Assembly (NCBI GenBank): GCA_038061755.1
Contig: JBBTYN010000004.1
Coordinates: forward strand, 3,198 to 67,197
Length of the DNA stretch: 64,000 nt
Source of the DNA: Patescibacteria group bacterium
Lineage (GTDB): Bacteria; Patescibacteriota; Minisyncoccia; Phycocordibacterales; UBA9973
Reading direction: 5' to 3'
A program made the translations under genes and the position numbers. The notes beneath the pieces were generated by a model. The model saw nothing but the letters and a program-made list of their open reading frames with translations. It did not search any database and had not been told where the DNA came from. This document shows positions 29,102 through 38,635 of the stretch, piece by piece. The first letter of the stretch is position 1, and every line of letters begins with the position of its first letter.

Positions 29102-30137
29102 AAAAAATTTCTGGAAAAATCTTGAAAAACCATTTTTTTGTTTAGCGCCAATGTCGGACGTTACCGATATTGCTTTCCGCTCCATATTGATGAAATATAG
29201 CAAGGATAGAGAAAATAAAAACAGTGTTGTTTTTTGGACAGAATTTGTTGCAGCTGATGGTTTGTGCAATAAACTTGCTAGAAAAAAACTAGCGCATATA
29301 TTAAAATTTAAAGAGAGCGAAAGACCAATTGTAGCTCAAGTTTTTGGTGCTAATCCTGATAATATGAAGTATGCTTGCCAATATATTGCTAGCCTTGGTT
29401 TTGATGGGATAGATATAAATATGGGTTGTCCAGATAAATCTGTGGTAAGCCAAGGAGCAGGTTCTGGTTTGATTAAAAATCCATTACTTGCCAGAAAAAT
29501 TATACAGGCGGCACACGCTGGGATAGATTCTGCTGGTCTACATATCCCAGTATCTATTAAAACAAGAATTGGTTTTAATAAAGAAGAAATTGATATTTGG
29601 ATAGGGGAATTGTTAAAAGAGGATATTTCTGCTTTAACAATTCATTTGCGTACCACTAAGGAATTATCACTTGCACCGGCACATTGGGATTTAATGAAAA
29701 GAATTATTGAATTACGAAATAAAATAAGCCCAGAGACTTTAATAATTGGCAATGGAGATGTAAAAGATTTAAAAGATGGGGAGGAAAAAGCTCTAAAGTA
29801 TGGTTGTGATGGAGTTATGATCGGTCGTGGAGTTTTTGGTAATCCTTGGTTTTTTAAAAGCCAAAGGGCACCTTTGACACACTTGTCAAAGGTGCCCTTT
29901 GGCAATGAGGAATCAAATGTTAAAGAAAAATTAAAAATTTTAGTAGAGCACACACAGATTTTCGAAAAGGAACTTTCAGGACCTAAACATAAAAGTTTTG
30001 CCGTTATGAAAAAGCATTTTAAAGCGTATGTGAATGGTTTTGAAGATGCAAAAGAGCTTCGAGTAAAATTAATGGAAACAGAAAATGCTAAAGAAGTTGA
30101 GAAGATAGTTAATGATTTTTTAACTCGCCTACATTAA
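29058..30137 (+). CDS. dus: tRNA-dihydrouridine synthase. It carries an in-frame copy of the palindromic element at 29860..29903.
   Basis: FFCLAPMSDVTD, VAQVFG, INMGCP and GVMIGRG motifs of Dus. The start may instead be ATG 29085. Confidence 0.85.
   Translation: MICDSKIKFMTNSNKKNFWKNLEKPFFCLAPMSDVTDIAFRSILMKYSKDRENKNSVVFWTEFVAADGLCNKLARKKLAHILKFKESERPIVAQVFGANPDNMKYACQYIASLGFDGIDINMGCPDKSVVSQGAGSGLIKNPLLARKIIQAAHAGIDSAGLHIPVSIKTRIGFNKEEIDIWIGELLKEDISALTIHLRTTKELSLAPAHWDLMKRIIELRNKISPETLIIGNGDVKDLKDGEEKALKYGCDGVMIGRGVFGNPWFFKSQRAPLTHLSKVPFGNEESNVKEKLKILVEHTQIFEKELSGPKHKSFAVMKKHFKAYVNGFEDAKELRVKLMETENAKEVEKIVNDFLTRLH
29860..29903. repeat. Nested palindromic element, copy 3, variant A. It lies inside the dus ORF and is translated as QRAPLTHLSKVPFG.
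   Basis: Perfect palindrome with the ORF left open. Relative to copy 1 it has the compensatory change t/a to c/g. Confidence 0.9.
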
Positions 30138-30177
30138 AACTATGGCGAGGCAAGATAAAATTTGATATAGTAAACTT

Positions 30178-31212
30178 ATGCATGATTTAGCTTTATATCG
30201 CAAATACAGACCGAAAAGCTTCGCTGAAGTTTTAGGGCAGGATCATATTGTAAAGGTCTTAGAAAGTTCAGTAGAAACGAATAAAGTCTCCCACGCTTAT
30301 CTTTTTGTCGGTAGCCGCGGTACGGGCAAAACTTCTGTTGCCAGAATTTTTGCGGAAAATATCGGTGTATCGGTTAATGATCTTTATGAAATAGATGCCG
30401 CTTCCAACCGAGGGATTGAAAACATCAAAGAATTGAGAGATGGCACACGAGTTTTGCCTTTTGATTCAAAATATAAAGTTTACATCATAGACGAGGTGCA
30501 TATGCTTTCTAAAGACGCTTGGGGAGCTCTTTTGAAGACTCTGGAAGAGCCACCCAAGCATGTTATTTTTATCTTAGCCACGACCGAATTTCATAAAGTT
30601 CCTGAAACAATCATTTCTCGCTGTCAGATTTTTACATTTAAAAAAGCTTCTGACGCAGTATGTAGGAAAATGTTGCTTGATGTTGCAAAGTCTGAAGGGT
30701 TTGAATTAGATGCTGGAAGCGCGGAGCTTTTATCTATTTTAGCTGATGGATCATTTCGGGATGGCTTAGGAGAACTGCAAAAAATTCTTAATTTTAGCAA
30801 GAGTAAAAAAATTAAAAAAGAAGATGTGGAGAAGATAACTGGCGCGCCGAAAACGACCTTGGTAAATGATTTTATTTCCGCTATTGCAGAAAAAGATTTA
30901 GAGAAGGGTATTGAGGCTGTGCGAATGGCCGCCGGGGAAAATTTGGATATGAAATTATATTTAAAACTTATAATTCAAAAATTTCGAATGGCAATAATTT
31001 TACGTTATGCGCCGAAATTAGAAAAAGAAATGACAGGGGATTTGGGAGAAACTGATTTAGAATTTTTGAAAGCCTTAATTAAAAAAGATTCAGAGGGAAT
31101 GCTCCGTTCTGGGGCTCTGGCTGTGCTCCTAGAAGCGTATCAAAATATGGACAATGCTTTTATTACTGAATTACCACTAGAGCTTGCATTGGTGGAAATA
31201 ATAGGGAAATAA
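30178..31212 (+). CDS. dnaX: DNA polymerase III gamma/tau subunit, short gamma-like form.
   Basis: Walker A GSRGTGKTS and a clamp-loader AAA+ core. At 344 aa it has no tau C-terminal domains. Confidence 0.85.
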   Translation: MHDLALYRKYRPKSFAEVLGQDHIVKVLESSVETNKVSHAYLFVGSRGTGKTSVARIFAENIGVSVNDLYEIDAASNRGIENIKELRDGTRVLPFDSKYKVYIIDEVHMLSKDAWGALLKTLEEPPKHVIFILATTEFHKVPETIISRCQIFTFKKASDAVCRKMLLDVAKSEGFELDAGSAELLSILADGSFRDGLGELQKILNFSKSKKIKKEDVEKITGAPKTTLVNDFISAIAEKDLEKGIEAVRMAAGENLDMKLYLKLIIQKFRMAIILRYAPKLEKEMTGDLGETDLEFLKALIKKDSEGMLRSGALAVLLEAYQNMDNAFITELPLELALVEIIGK

Positions 31213-31391
31213 AAAAGTGTGCAAAATTGATAAAAATATGATAATCTTCAATATATTTCTTCACCAGACTCATAAAAATAAAGTGGAAGAAGTAAGACAA
31301 TATTGGTCTAAAGTTACAGGCTTTTCTTTAAATAATTTTTCTACGGTATATTGGAAAAAGTAAAAGATATGCAATGAATTGTCGCTACTGC

Positions 31392-31462
31392 TGGGAGATC
31401 GTCTAATGGTAGGACACCTCCCTTTGAAGGAGGTTATCTTGGTTCGAATCCAAGCCTCCCAG
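31392..31462 (+). tRNA. tRNA-Gln (anticodon UUG).
   Basis: U1-A72 pair as in bacterial tRNA-Gln. Anticodon stem CCTCC/GGAGG with loop CTTTGAA, T-arm CTTGG-TTCGAAT-CCAAG, one A-C mismatch at positions 7-66. Confidence 0.75.
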
Positions 31463-31497
31463 CAGTGGTGAGAATTAACAAGATCTTTGAAGCCGTG

Positions 31498-31534
31498 GTA
31501 TAGCAAGGTATAGCAAGAACGGTTCTTGCTATAC
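31498..31534. repeat. Perfect 27-bp palindrome gtatagcaagaac-g-gttcttgctatac, preceded by a direct duplicate of its first 10 nt.
   Basis: Seen directly. It has the same AGCAAGAAC half-site as the repeat at 1798..1846. Confidence 0.85.
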
Positions 31535-31542
31535 CAAATAAT

Positions 31543-32088
31543 TTATTTATTAATTTCCTCCATAAGACTTTCAACACTTTGTCCTGTATAAAGAATAGTC
31601 TTTAAATTTGGATATTTTTTAAAATCAAGATTTTCAAAGTGCTTTACTTTATCATCAATAAATATTACCTTTTCATTTTTATGTTTTGCGCATATTTTTT
31701 CTACAGATTCCTTTTTGCTTCCTTGAACGACAATAATTTTAGAAAATAGGGAAGTAATATCTGTTTTTTTTATTTTATCTAATTGCCATTCCTCGCCTCC
31801 ATGGGTTACGATATAGCAATTTTCTTTTCCTAATTTCTTTATTTCATTTACTAAATCTTTATTCAAAAAATTCTCACTCCTTTCTAAAATTTTTTCATAC
31901 CAATCTTCTTTAAGAGAAAAATGACTTAGCATTTCTTTTAACCAAAATCCACTTATCCTTACTCCTTTATAATATTCTTTGGCTTGAGTACGAGGTATAC
32001 CTGCTTTTTCTAAACACGCATACATATGATCCTTAAATTGTTTTGTATTATTAAACAAGACATCATCAAAATCAAAAATATATTTCAT
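31543..32088 (-). CDS. HAD-superfamily hydrolase.
   Basis: N-terminal DxD motif (FDFDDVLF), a C-terminal Asp motif (IFIDDK), and an overall HAD topology. Confidence 0.6.
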   Translation of the reverse strand: MKYIFDFDDVLFNNTKQFKDHMYACLEKAGIPRTQAKEYYKGVRISGFWLKEMLSHFSLKEDWYEKILERSENFLNKDLVNEIKKLGKENCYIVTHGGEEWQLDKIKKTDITSLFSKIIVVQGSKKESVEKICAKHKNEKVIFIDDKVKHFENLDFKKYPNLKTILYTGQSVESLMEEINK

Positions 32089-32094
32089 ATTGTA

Positions 32095-33081
32095 TTAAGG
32101 CTGTTTGTTTATTATTCTTTTAATACAATTAGCCAATTTTGTAGAATTATGACGTATGAAAGATCTATGTTTGGCTATAGCATCTCTAGGGTTTTCCGTA
32201 TAAATTAAATCCGAAATAAGAGAAGTTCTTATTATTTTTTTATCATTACTAAAATCATCTTTAATTAAAACTCCGTCACCTTCCTTTATTTTATATTTTT
32301 TTATCTGTTTTTTAGAAGGACTCTTGTTATTTATAATAATAAAGTCAATTTTTTTATCTAGATATTTTTCTATATCTTTTACATAATCACTTGCTTTCCA
32401 ATTAGTTGTTTGACCTAATTTATTGGTAAGATTAACAGGCATTATAATTTGCGCCCTACTTTTTCTAAGTGCTTCTTTGAAACCACTTACGATCAAATTT
32501 GGCAACAAAGAACAATAATAATTTCCAGGACCTAATATTATATAATCTGCTTTTAAAATTGCGTTCTTCGCATGGGTATTTAATTTTACTTTATTTTTAT
32601 AAAATATTTTTTTAACAGGTAAATCTCGTAAACCATTTCTATATATATTGTCTTCTCCTACAATTATTGATCCGTCTATTAGTTCAACTACAAGTTTTGC
32701 CTTATCCCTAGTAATAGGTACTACTTTACCTTTAACCTTAAGTATTTCAGAAGCTATCTCTACTCCTTTATTAAAATTACCAGTCATTTTTTCCAAAGCT
32801 GCAAGAAAAATATTTCCAAAACTATGCCCCTTTAACCCTCCGTTAGTAAACCTATAATTCATGAGTTCTCGTACAACATCACTGTGTTCAGAAAGGGCAA
32901 CAAGGCATTGCCTGACATCTCCTGGAGGCAAAACCCCAAGCTCATCCATGAGTACACCAGTTGAACCACCATCATCTGCCATAGAAACAAGAGCAGTCAA
33001 AGAAACATCAGGAATGTTTTTAAGTCCAGATAAAACAGTATAGCTTCCAGTCCCTCCACCAATAGTTACAATATTTTTCAT
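32095..33081 (-). CDS. YvcK/CofD-family protein (UPF0052; gluconeogenesis-factor-like).
   Basis: TIGGGTGSYTVLSGLK...SMADDGGSTG N-terminal signature. Confidence 0.7.
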   Translation of the reverse strand: MKNIVTIGGGTGSYTVLSGLKNIPDVSLTALVSMADDGGSTGVLMDELGVLPPGDVRQCLVALSEHSDVVRELMNYRFTNGGLKGHSFGNIFLAALEKMTGNFNKGVEIASEILKVKGKVVPITRDKAKLVVELIDGSIIVGEDNIYRNGLRDLPVKKIFYKNKVKLNTHAKNAILKADYIILGPGNYYCSLLPNLIVSGFKEALRKSRAQIIMPVNLTNKLGQTTNWKASDYVKDIEKYLDKKIDFIIINNKSPSKKQIKKYKIKEGDGVLIKDDFSNDKKIIRTSLISDLIYTENPRDAIAKHRSFIRHNSTKLANCIKRIINKQP

Positions 33082-33139
33082 GATATTAATATGTTAACGT
33101 AAACTACTAAATTTTACTAATAGCTTATTAAAAACAAAG

Positions 33140-33175
33140 AACCCACTTTACGACGACTAAATCGTAAGGTGGGTT
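33140..33175 (-). terminator. Long hairpin (14-bp stem) followed by a T-run on the minus strand, downstream of the GT2 gene.
   Basis: aacccactttacga...tcgtaaggtgggtt, then ttctttgttttt on the minus strand. Confidence 0.6.
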
Positions 33176-33191
33176 TTAAGATAATGACAGA

Positions 33192-33986
33192 TTACCTCAT
33201 TTTCTCTCGCCTTTTTGACATTTCCTGATCTACGCCAGGATAGTGTCGTTTTACATCTTCGATAGCCTGGAGGATATGGAGAGCATGGGTACCGAACCTC
33301 TCTACGCGTGCCTCTTGGTTACTAGGGGAATACTCCCGAGTAAGGAGAGGAAGATTTCCGTGGTTTCCGTAGATTGCCGGGTGGGCCACCTCTACCAACT
33401 TTGGTCGAGGATTGCTAAGATACCAGAATTTCACCAAGTGTTCAAGGTGAATTCCGTACCTCTCCTGATTTCCATGCTCGAGAGCAAACTCGAAGCAATG
33501 GCGACGCATCATCCAGAAACCAGACAATGGATCAGTGGTCTCCCAGCCAGTTGCAACCTGCATCTGAGCAGTAACTGCTACGTTTAGGAAGTCCCGATCA
33601 AGTGGTACCTGAATCCGTTCTGAATCTGGATGATATCGTGATGCAATCACAATATCGGCACCATCCTTAATCTTTTCGAACATCGTTATGAGAAAATTCT
33701 CATCATGCTGTCCGTCAGCATCCATAGTGGCCACTAAATCATAACTACCTTTTACTGCTTCATGATAACCTCGACGAAGACTATTACCTATACCCTTATT
33801 CTCGTGGTTTTGTAAAACTATGCATTCATGTTTCCTACAAATCACAGCAGTATTGTCTAACGATCCGTCGTCGATCACAAGGATATCAGACAGTAAATAG
33901 TCTGCAACTTTTTGAAGCCTAGGTAAAAACTGATCAAGCGACGCTGCTTCATTACAAGCAGCAATAACTATCAACATTTTTAACAT
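33192..33986 (-). CDS. Family-2 glycosyltransferase (DPM1-like). It is markedly GC-rich and probably horizontally acquired.
   Basis: GT-A fold with a DxD motif (VIDDGSLD ... MDADGQHD). GC is about 50% versus about 30% in neighbouring genes. Confidence 0.75.
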   Translation of the reverse strand: MLKMLIVIAACNEAASLDQFLPRLQKVADYLLSDILVIDDGSLDNTAVICRKHECIVLQNHENKGIGNSLRRGYHEAVKGSYDLVATMDADGQHDENFLITMFEKIKDGADIVIASRYHPDSERIQVPLDRDFLNVAVTAQMQVATGWETTDPLSGFWMMRRHCFEFALEHGNQERYGIHLEHLVKFWYLSNPRPKLVEVAHPAIYGNHGNLPLLTREYSPSNQEARVERFGTHALHILQAIEDVKRHYPGVDQEMSKRREKMR

Positions 33987-34061
33987 ACTCGTAATCCTCC
34001 TTTTTATTAATTAAGAACAATTTTTTTGTTAGCTTTTATCATAACATATTTTTAGTCATTG

Positions 34062-34910
34062 TCAAAATTTTTTGGTTAAGATTTTTATTTTGGTAACTGC
34101 CCGTTCTATATCATCATTAATTATAAGGATAACATCAATTTTTTTATTTATAGAATCTAATACTGATTTAAATTCACTTAATTGTCTTGTGCCCAAAGTT
34201 GAAACAATAGCTGACCTAAAGTCATCGTTCGTTTTTTGACACCTATCAGCTAGTCGTGCCGCGAGATGGAGTAAAATAGGTGCAGGAGGTAAAATATAAA
34301 CCAAAATAAATTCATAATCTTTATAAATTTTGAAATATTCAGCTAAGCTTGTTAGGTTGATCGGATTTTCTTCAATTAATATTATTTGTGATTTTTGCAA
34401 AACTTTTTCTATATCATGTTTTTGAATTCCATATTTTCCTCTTTTTTTTCTATTCATACATATTGCAAAACCATTTTGAGCAGCAATTTTTTTAAATTGA
34501 GCTTCATCAATGAAGTGGTAGTTTTTACCGTTTTTTTCATTCTTTCTTTTTTTTCGTGTAGTTGTATTAACAACTGTATTAAAACCCAAAGCATTTTTTA
34601 TAGTTTCCTTACCAACTGCACCAGGTCCAGCTATTCCAAAAATAATTTTTTTAATATTTGTTTTAAATAATTTTTTTTGAACTTTATTAAATAAAACTTG
34701 TTCAAGTTTATAAGGAATCTCATTAATATTACTATTCTTAATTCCTAATTCTTTTGCAAAAACATAAAGTGCTTGTTCCCAAGCCCTATAATGTATTAAT
34801 AATAAATCTATATTGTCTTCAACTAACCTAAAAACCTCTCTAGAATAAATATTCTCTAAAACCAGTAAATCCTTTTCGAAAGAAGATTTTAATGTTGGCT
34901 TTTTTCTCAT
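34062..34910 (-). CDS. gmk: Guanylate kinase-like protein with an N-terminal extension of about 95 aa.
   Basis: P-loop GPGAVGKET and TTRKKRKNEKNGKNYHFID (compare the canonical TTRPPRPGEVDGVDYHF). Confidence 0.6.
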   Translation of the reverse strand: MRKKPTLKSSFEKDLLVLENIYSREVFRLVEDNIDLLLIHYRAWEQALYVFAKELGIKNSNINEIPYKLEQVLFNKVQKKLFKTNIKKIIFGIAGPGAVGKETIKNALGFNTVVNTTTRKKRKNEKNGKNYHFIDEAQFKKIAAQNGFAICMNRKKRGKYGIQKHDIEKVLQKSQIILIEENPINLTSLAEYFKIYKDYEFILVYILPPAPILLHLAARLADRCQKTNDDFRSAIVSTLGTRQLSEFKSVLDSINKKIDVILIINDDIERAVTKIKILTKKF

Positions 34911-34979
34911 TATTAAATGTTTATATCATAAAAAATACTATTTGTCTTTAATTCTCACATATTATAATATATCTATATT

Positions 34980-37886
34980 ATGATTTCCCGAATATATGTG
35001 ACACCTAAAGGCAAAGCTAATTTCATTAATTCTTATTTAATTTCACATAAATTTGCAAGTGATCAAAGAGATAAAATCCTTAAAATAGCCAAGGCTTTAA
35101 CTAACCCCATCCTCGAAGAATTTTTTATAAATAAATTCCCAAAAACAAAGAAATTTACTTATGTAATAGAAATAGGTTTTAAACCTGGGGTCACAGACAA
35201 TGTCGGGCATACTGTAGAAGAAACTATAATTGATTTACTGGGTGTTGTCGGGTGTCCAACACCCGACAACATAGCAGTCTATACTTCTAAGATTTTTTTA
35301 GTTTCCAATTCTAAATTAGAAGAAGTAAAAAAGATTGCTCTCTCGCTTCACAATCCTCTCATTGAGCGTTCTTATGTCGCGAGTTTTGCTGAAATAAAAA
35401 AAAATGGCTTACCCTTAAAGGTTCCTAAGGTTATTTTAAAAAAGGCTATTCCTGTAATTAATGTTTCTCTTAATGTGTCTGATGAAGAACTTAAAAAAAT
35501 CGGAAAAGAGGGGATAATGGACGAAACAAATATTAGACGAGGTCCTTTGGCTCTTGATTTGACATCAATGAAAGTAATCCAAGAACATTTTAAAAAATTT
35601 AAAAGAGATCCGACCGATATTGAGCTGGAGTCTCTTGCGCAGACTTGGTCTGAACATTGTAAACATACTATTTTTGCAAATCCTATTGACGACATCAAAG
35701 ACGGTTTATATAAAACATACATAAAAAGCGCAACAAATCTAATCAGAAAAAATAAAGGCAAAAATGATTTTTGTATTTCTGTATTTTCTGATAATTCTGG
35801 AGGAATAATTTTTGATAAAGATTATTTAATAACGCATAAAGTTGAAACACACAACAGCCCTTCAGCCTTAGATCCATTTGGAGGTGCTATCACAGGTATT
35901 GTGGGTGTAAATCGAGACACGATAGGTTTTGGCTTAGGTGCTAAACCAGTAGCTAATGTTTATGGTTTTTGTTTTGGAAACCCAGAAGATAAAAGCTTAC
36001 TTTTTCGCGACAAAAATTTAACACAAAAAATGCTTTCACCAAAAAGAATAATGGAAGGGGTGGTAAAAGGTATAAATGTAGGAGGAAACTGTTCCGGAAT
36101 ACCGACTCTTTCTGGTTTTGTTCATTATGATGATAGATATAGGGGCAAGCCTCTAGTTTTTGCTGGCACAGTCGGATTAATTCCAAGAAAAATACAAGGA
36201 AAATTATCACACAAAAAACAGGCACAAGTTGGAGATTATATCGTTGTTGTTGGCGGAAGAGTAGGGCTTGATGGTATTCATGGGGCAACTTTTTCTTCTG
36301 TGGTAATGGATTCAAGTTCCCCAGCGACCGCAGTGCAAATCAGTGACCCAATTACTCAAAAAAAATTAAGTGATGCAATAATTAAAGAAGCGCGTTATAT
36401 GAATTTATATAATAGTATTACTGATAATGGTGCTGGTGGAATTTCTTGTTCAGTTGCTGAAATGGCAAAAGAATGCGGGGGAGCAAAAGTTTTTTTGGAA
36501 AAAGTACCACTAAAATACCTGAGTCTTCGTCCATGGGAAATTTGGATTTCAGAATCACAAGAACGTATGACTTTATCGGTGCCAAAGAAAAAGTGGAGTA
36601 CATTCAAAAAATTAATGGAGAAAAGGGGAGTGGAAGCGACAGTAATAGGTGAATTTACAAATTCTAAAAAATGTATTGTAGAATATAGTGGTAAAAAAAT
36701 CATGGATATTGATATGGAATTTTTACATGAAGGACTTCCAAAACAACATTTAATTACTTCTTCAGTTATTTATAAAAATATTGAACCAATACTTGAAATA
36801 AAAAAATCTTTTACTGCAATTCTAGAAAAATTACTAAGTAATAAAAATCTTAGTGGATTTTCTTTTATTTCCGAACAATATGACCATGAAGTGCAAGGGT
36901 CTTCTGTTCTAAAACCACTTTCTGGGAGAGGTCGTATAAATACCGATGCACAAGTTTTTCAACCAGTTTTAAATTCAAATAAAGGAGTTATTTTGTCTTC
37001 TAGTACTTATCCTTCATATGGAGATATTAGCACTTATCATATGGCTTCTTGCGCGATAGATACTGCTATTAGAAATACTGTTTGTTCTGGTGGAACACTT
37101 TCGCATTTAGCAATTTTAGATAATTTTTGTTGGTGTTCATCCAATGACCCAAAACGTTTAGCGCAGTTAGTAGATTCAGTGAAAGCTTGTTATGAATATG
37201 CTGTAGGTTTTGGTACACCTTTTATTTCTGGCAAAGACAGTATGTTTAATGATTTTAAAGGTTATGATGAAAAAGGGGAGCCTATGGCTGTTTCTATACC
37301 ACCGACACTTCTTATTTCAGCGATCAGCGTTATGCCTGACTTAAATAAAACTGTTTCTCCAGAATTTAAAAAAATTGGCGATATAATTTATTTATTAGGA
37401 GAAACGAATGATGAACTTGGTGGGGGAGAATATTATAAAACACTTGGCGTTGTTGGTAGTAATGTACCAAAAGTAGATTTAAAGAAAAATATAAAAACTT
37501 ATCGCGCTTTAGAAAAAGCAATTCAAAAAGAATTAATAGCTTCGGCAATATCTGTAAATTCTGGCGGACTTGCAATAGCACTCGCCAAAGCCTGTGTGGG
37601 AGGAATGGTAGGTTGTAATGTTTCCCTAAAGAGCCAGATAGCGCCTAAGGCGCTATCTGTAGAAGTAAAATTATTTTCTGAAAGTCAGGGAAGAATTTTA
37701 GTTTCTGTTTCCCATCAAAATGTTGCTAAATTTGAGCAAATAACCGCTACTTTACCAAGGGTTACCCTTGGTAAAGTAATAAAAGATGGGAAATTTATAA
37801 TTACCAATGGTAAAAATAAAGTAGTAGAAACAAATATTAAAAAGTTGTATGATGCATACCATAAATTTTCTAACTCACAAAAATGA
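34980..37886 (+). CDS. purL: Phosphoribosylformylglycinamidine synthase, a PurS-like N-terminal domain and linker fused to a PurL synthetase. The glutaminase is encoded separately downstream.
   Basis: PurS-like segment VIEIGFKPGVTDNVGHTVEETI, then PTDIELESLAQTWSEHCKHTIF and the AIR-synthase-related FGAM domains. 968 aa. Confidence 0.85.
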   Translation: MISRIYVTPKGKANFINSYLISHKFASDQRDKILKIAKALTNPILEEFFINKFPKTKKFTYVIEIGFKPGVTDNVGHTVEETIIDLLGVVGCPTPDNIAVYTSKIFLVSNSKLEEVKKIALSLHNPLIERSYVASFAEIKKNGLPLKVPKVILKKAIPVINVSLNVSDEELKKIGKEGIMDETNIRRGPLALDLTSMKVIQEHFKKFKRDPTDIELESLAQTWSEHCKHTIFANPIDDIKDGLYKTYIKSATNLIRKNKGKNDFCISVFSDNSGGIIFDKDYLITHKVETHNSPSALDPFGGAITGIVGVNRDTIGFGLGAKPVANVYGFCFGNPEDKSLLFRDKNLTQKMLSPKRIMEGVVKGINVGGNCSGIPTLSGFVHYDDRYRGKPLVFAGTVGLIPRKIQGKLSHKKQAQVGDYIVVVGGRVGLDGIHGATFSSVVMDSSSPATAVQISDPITQKKLSDAIIKEARYMNLYNSITDNGAGGISCSVAEMAKECGGAKVFLEKVPLKYLSLRPWEIWISESQERMTLSVPKKKWSTFKKLMEKRGVEATVIGEFTNSKKCIVEYSGKKIMDIDMEFLHEGLPKQHLITSSVIYKNIEPILEIKKSFTAILEKLLSNKNLSGFSFISEQYDHEVQGSSVLKPLSGRGRINTDAQVFQPVLNSNKGVILSSSTYPSYGDISTYHMASCAIDTAIRNTVCSGGTLSHLAILDNFCWCSSNDPKRLAQLVDSVKACYEYAVGFGTPFISGKDSMFNDFKGYDEKGEPMAVSIPPTLLISAISVMPDLNKTVSPEFKKIGDIIYLLGETNDELGGGEYYKTLGVVGSNVPKVDLKKNIKTYRALEKAIQKELIASAISVNSGGLAIALAKACVGGMVGCNVSLKSQIAPKALSVEVKLFSESQGRILVSVSHQNVAKFEQITATLPRVTLGKVIKDGKFIITNGKNKVVETNIKKLYDAYHKFSNSQK

Positions 37887-38635
37887 AAAAGCCAAAAATA
37901 ATAATAATATCAGGATATGGATTAAATTGCGAAGAGGAAACAAAATTCGCTTTTGAGTTGGCGGGAGGGATTGCAAATATAGTACATATCAATGATTTAA
38001 TAAAAAAACCGAAAATGCTTAAAGAATATCAAATCTTAGTTTTTCCTGGAGGATTTTCTTATGGAGATGATACTGGTAGTGGAAAAGCCTATGCGAATAA
38101 ATTTAAAAATCATTTAGCGAAAGAGTTAACAGAATTTTTATCTCGCAATACTCTCACAATTGGTATTTGTAATGGATTTCAAATTATAACTAATTTAGGA
38201 ATTTTGCCTGGCGGGCTTACCTATAATAAAAATGGAAAATATATAGACAGATGGGTTGATTTAGAAGCAAAAGGAAACAGTCCCTGGCTCAAAGGTATTA
38301 AAAAAATATCACTGCCAATAGCGCATGGCGAAGGACATTATGTTATTTCCAAAAAAGAATACAAAAAAATGAGAAAAAATAAAGAAATTGCTTTTGTTTA
38401 TACAAATGGAGAAATTTGTAAGTTTCAAAATCTTGAAAAAAACCCAAACGGATCAGAATATGACATCGCAGGAGTTTTAGCATATAATGGCAGAGTGCTA
38501 GGTATGATGCCACATCCAGAACGTGCAATGTTTTCGCACCAAAGTCCAATATGGCAGATGGATAAGAATGTTCAAAAAGAGGGGGTAGGATTACAGATTT
38601 TTAAAAACGCAATTAATTATTTTTTAAATTCATGA
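37883..38635 (+). CDS. purQ: Phosphoribosylformylglycinamidine synthase glutaminase subunit.
   Basis: Class-I glutamine amidotransferase motif GICNGFQ and an HPE triad region. Confidence 0.85.
   Translation: MKKPKIIIISGYGLNCEEETKFAFELAGGIANIVHINDLIKKPKMLKEYQILVFPGGFSYGDDTGSGKAYANKFKNHLAKELTEFLSRNTLTIGICNGFQIITNLGILPGGLTYNKNGKYIDRWVDLEAKGNSPWLKGIKKISLPIAHGEGHYVISKKEYKKMRKNKEIAFVYTNGEICKFQNLEKNPNGSEYDIAGVLAYNGRVLGMMPHPERAMFSHQSPIWQMDKNVQKEGVGLQIFKNAINYFLNS

Noticed and set aside
31270-31506. 78-aa minus-strand ORF.
   Set aside because: It lies antisense to tRNA-Gln and its promoter region, with no supporting features.
34911-34979. Purine or ZTP riboswitch upstream of purL, guaA, purH or purE.
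   Set aside because: No sequence matches the conserved purine-riboswitch or pfl (ZTP) cores. The candidate leader regions are very short or AT-rich.
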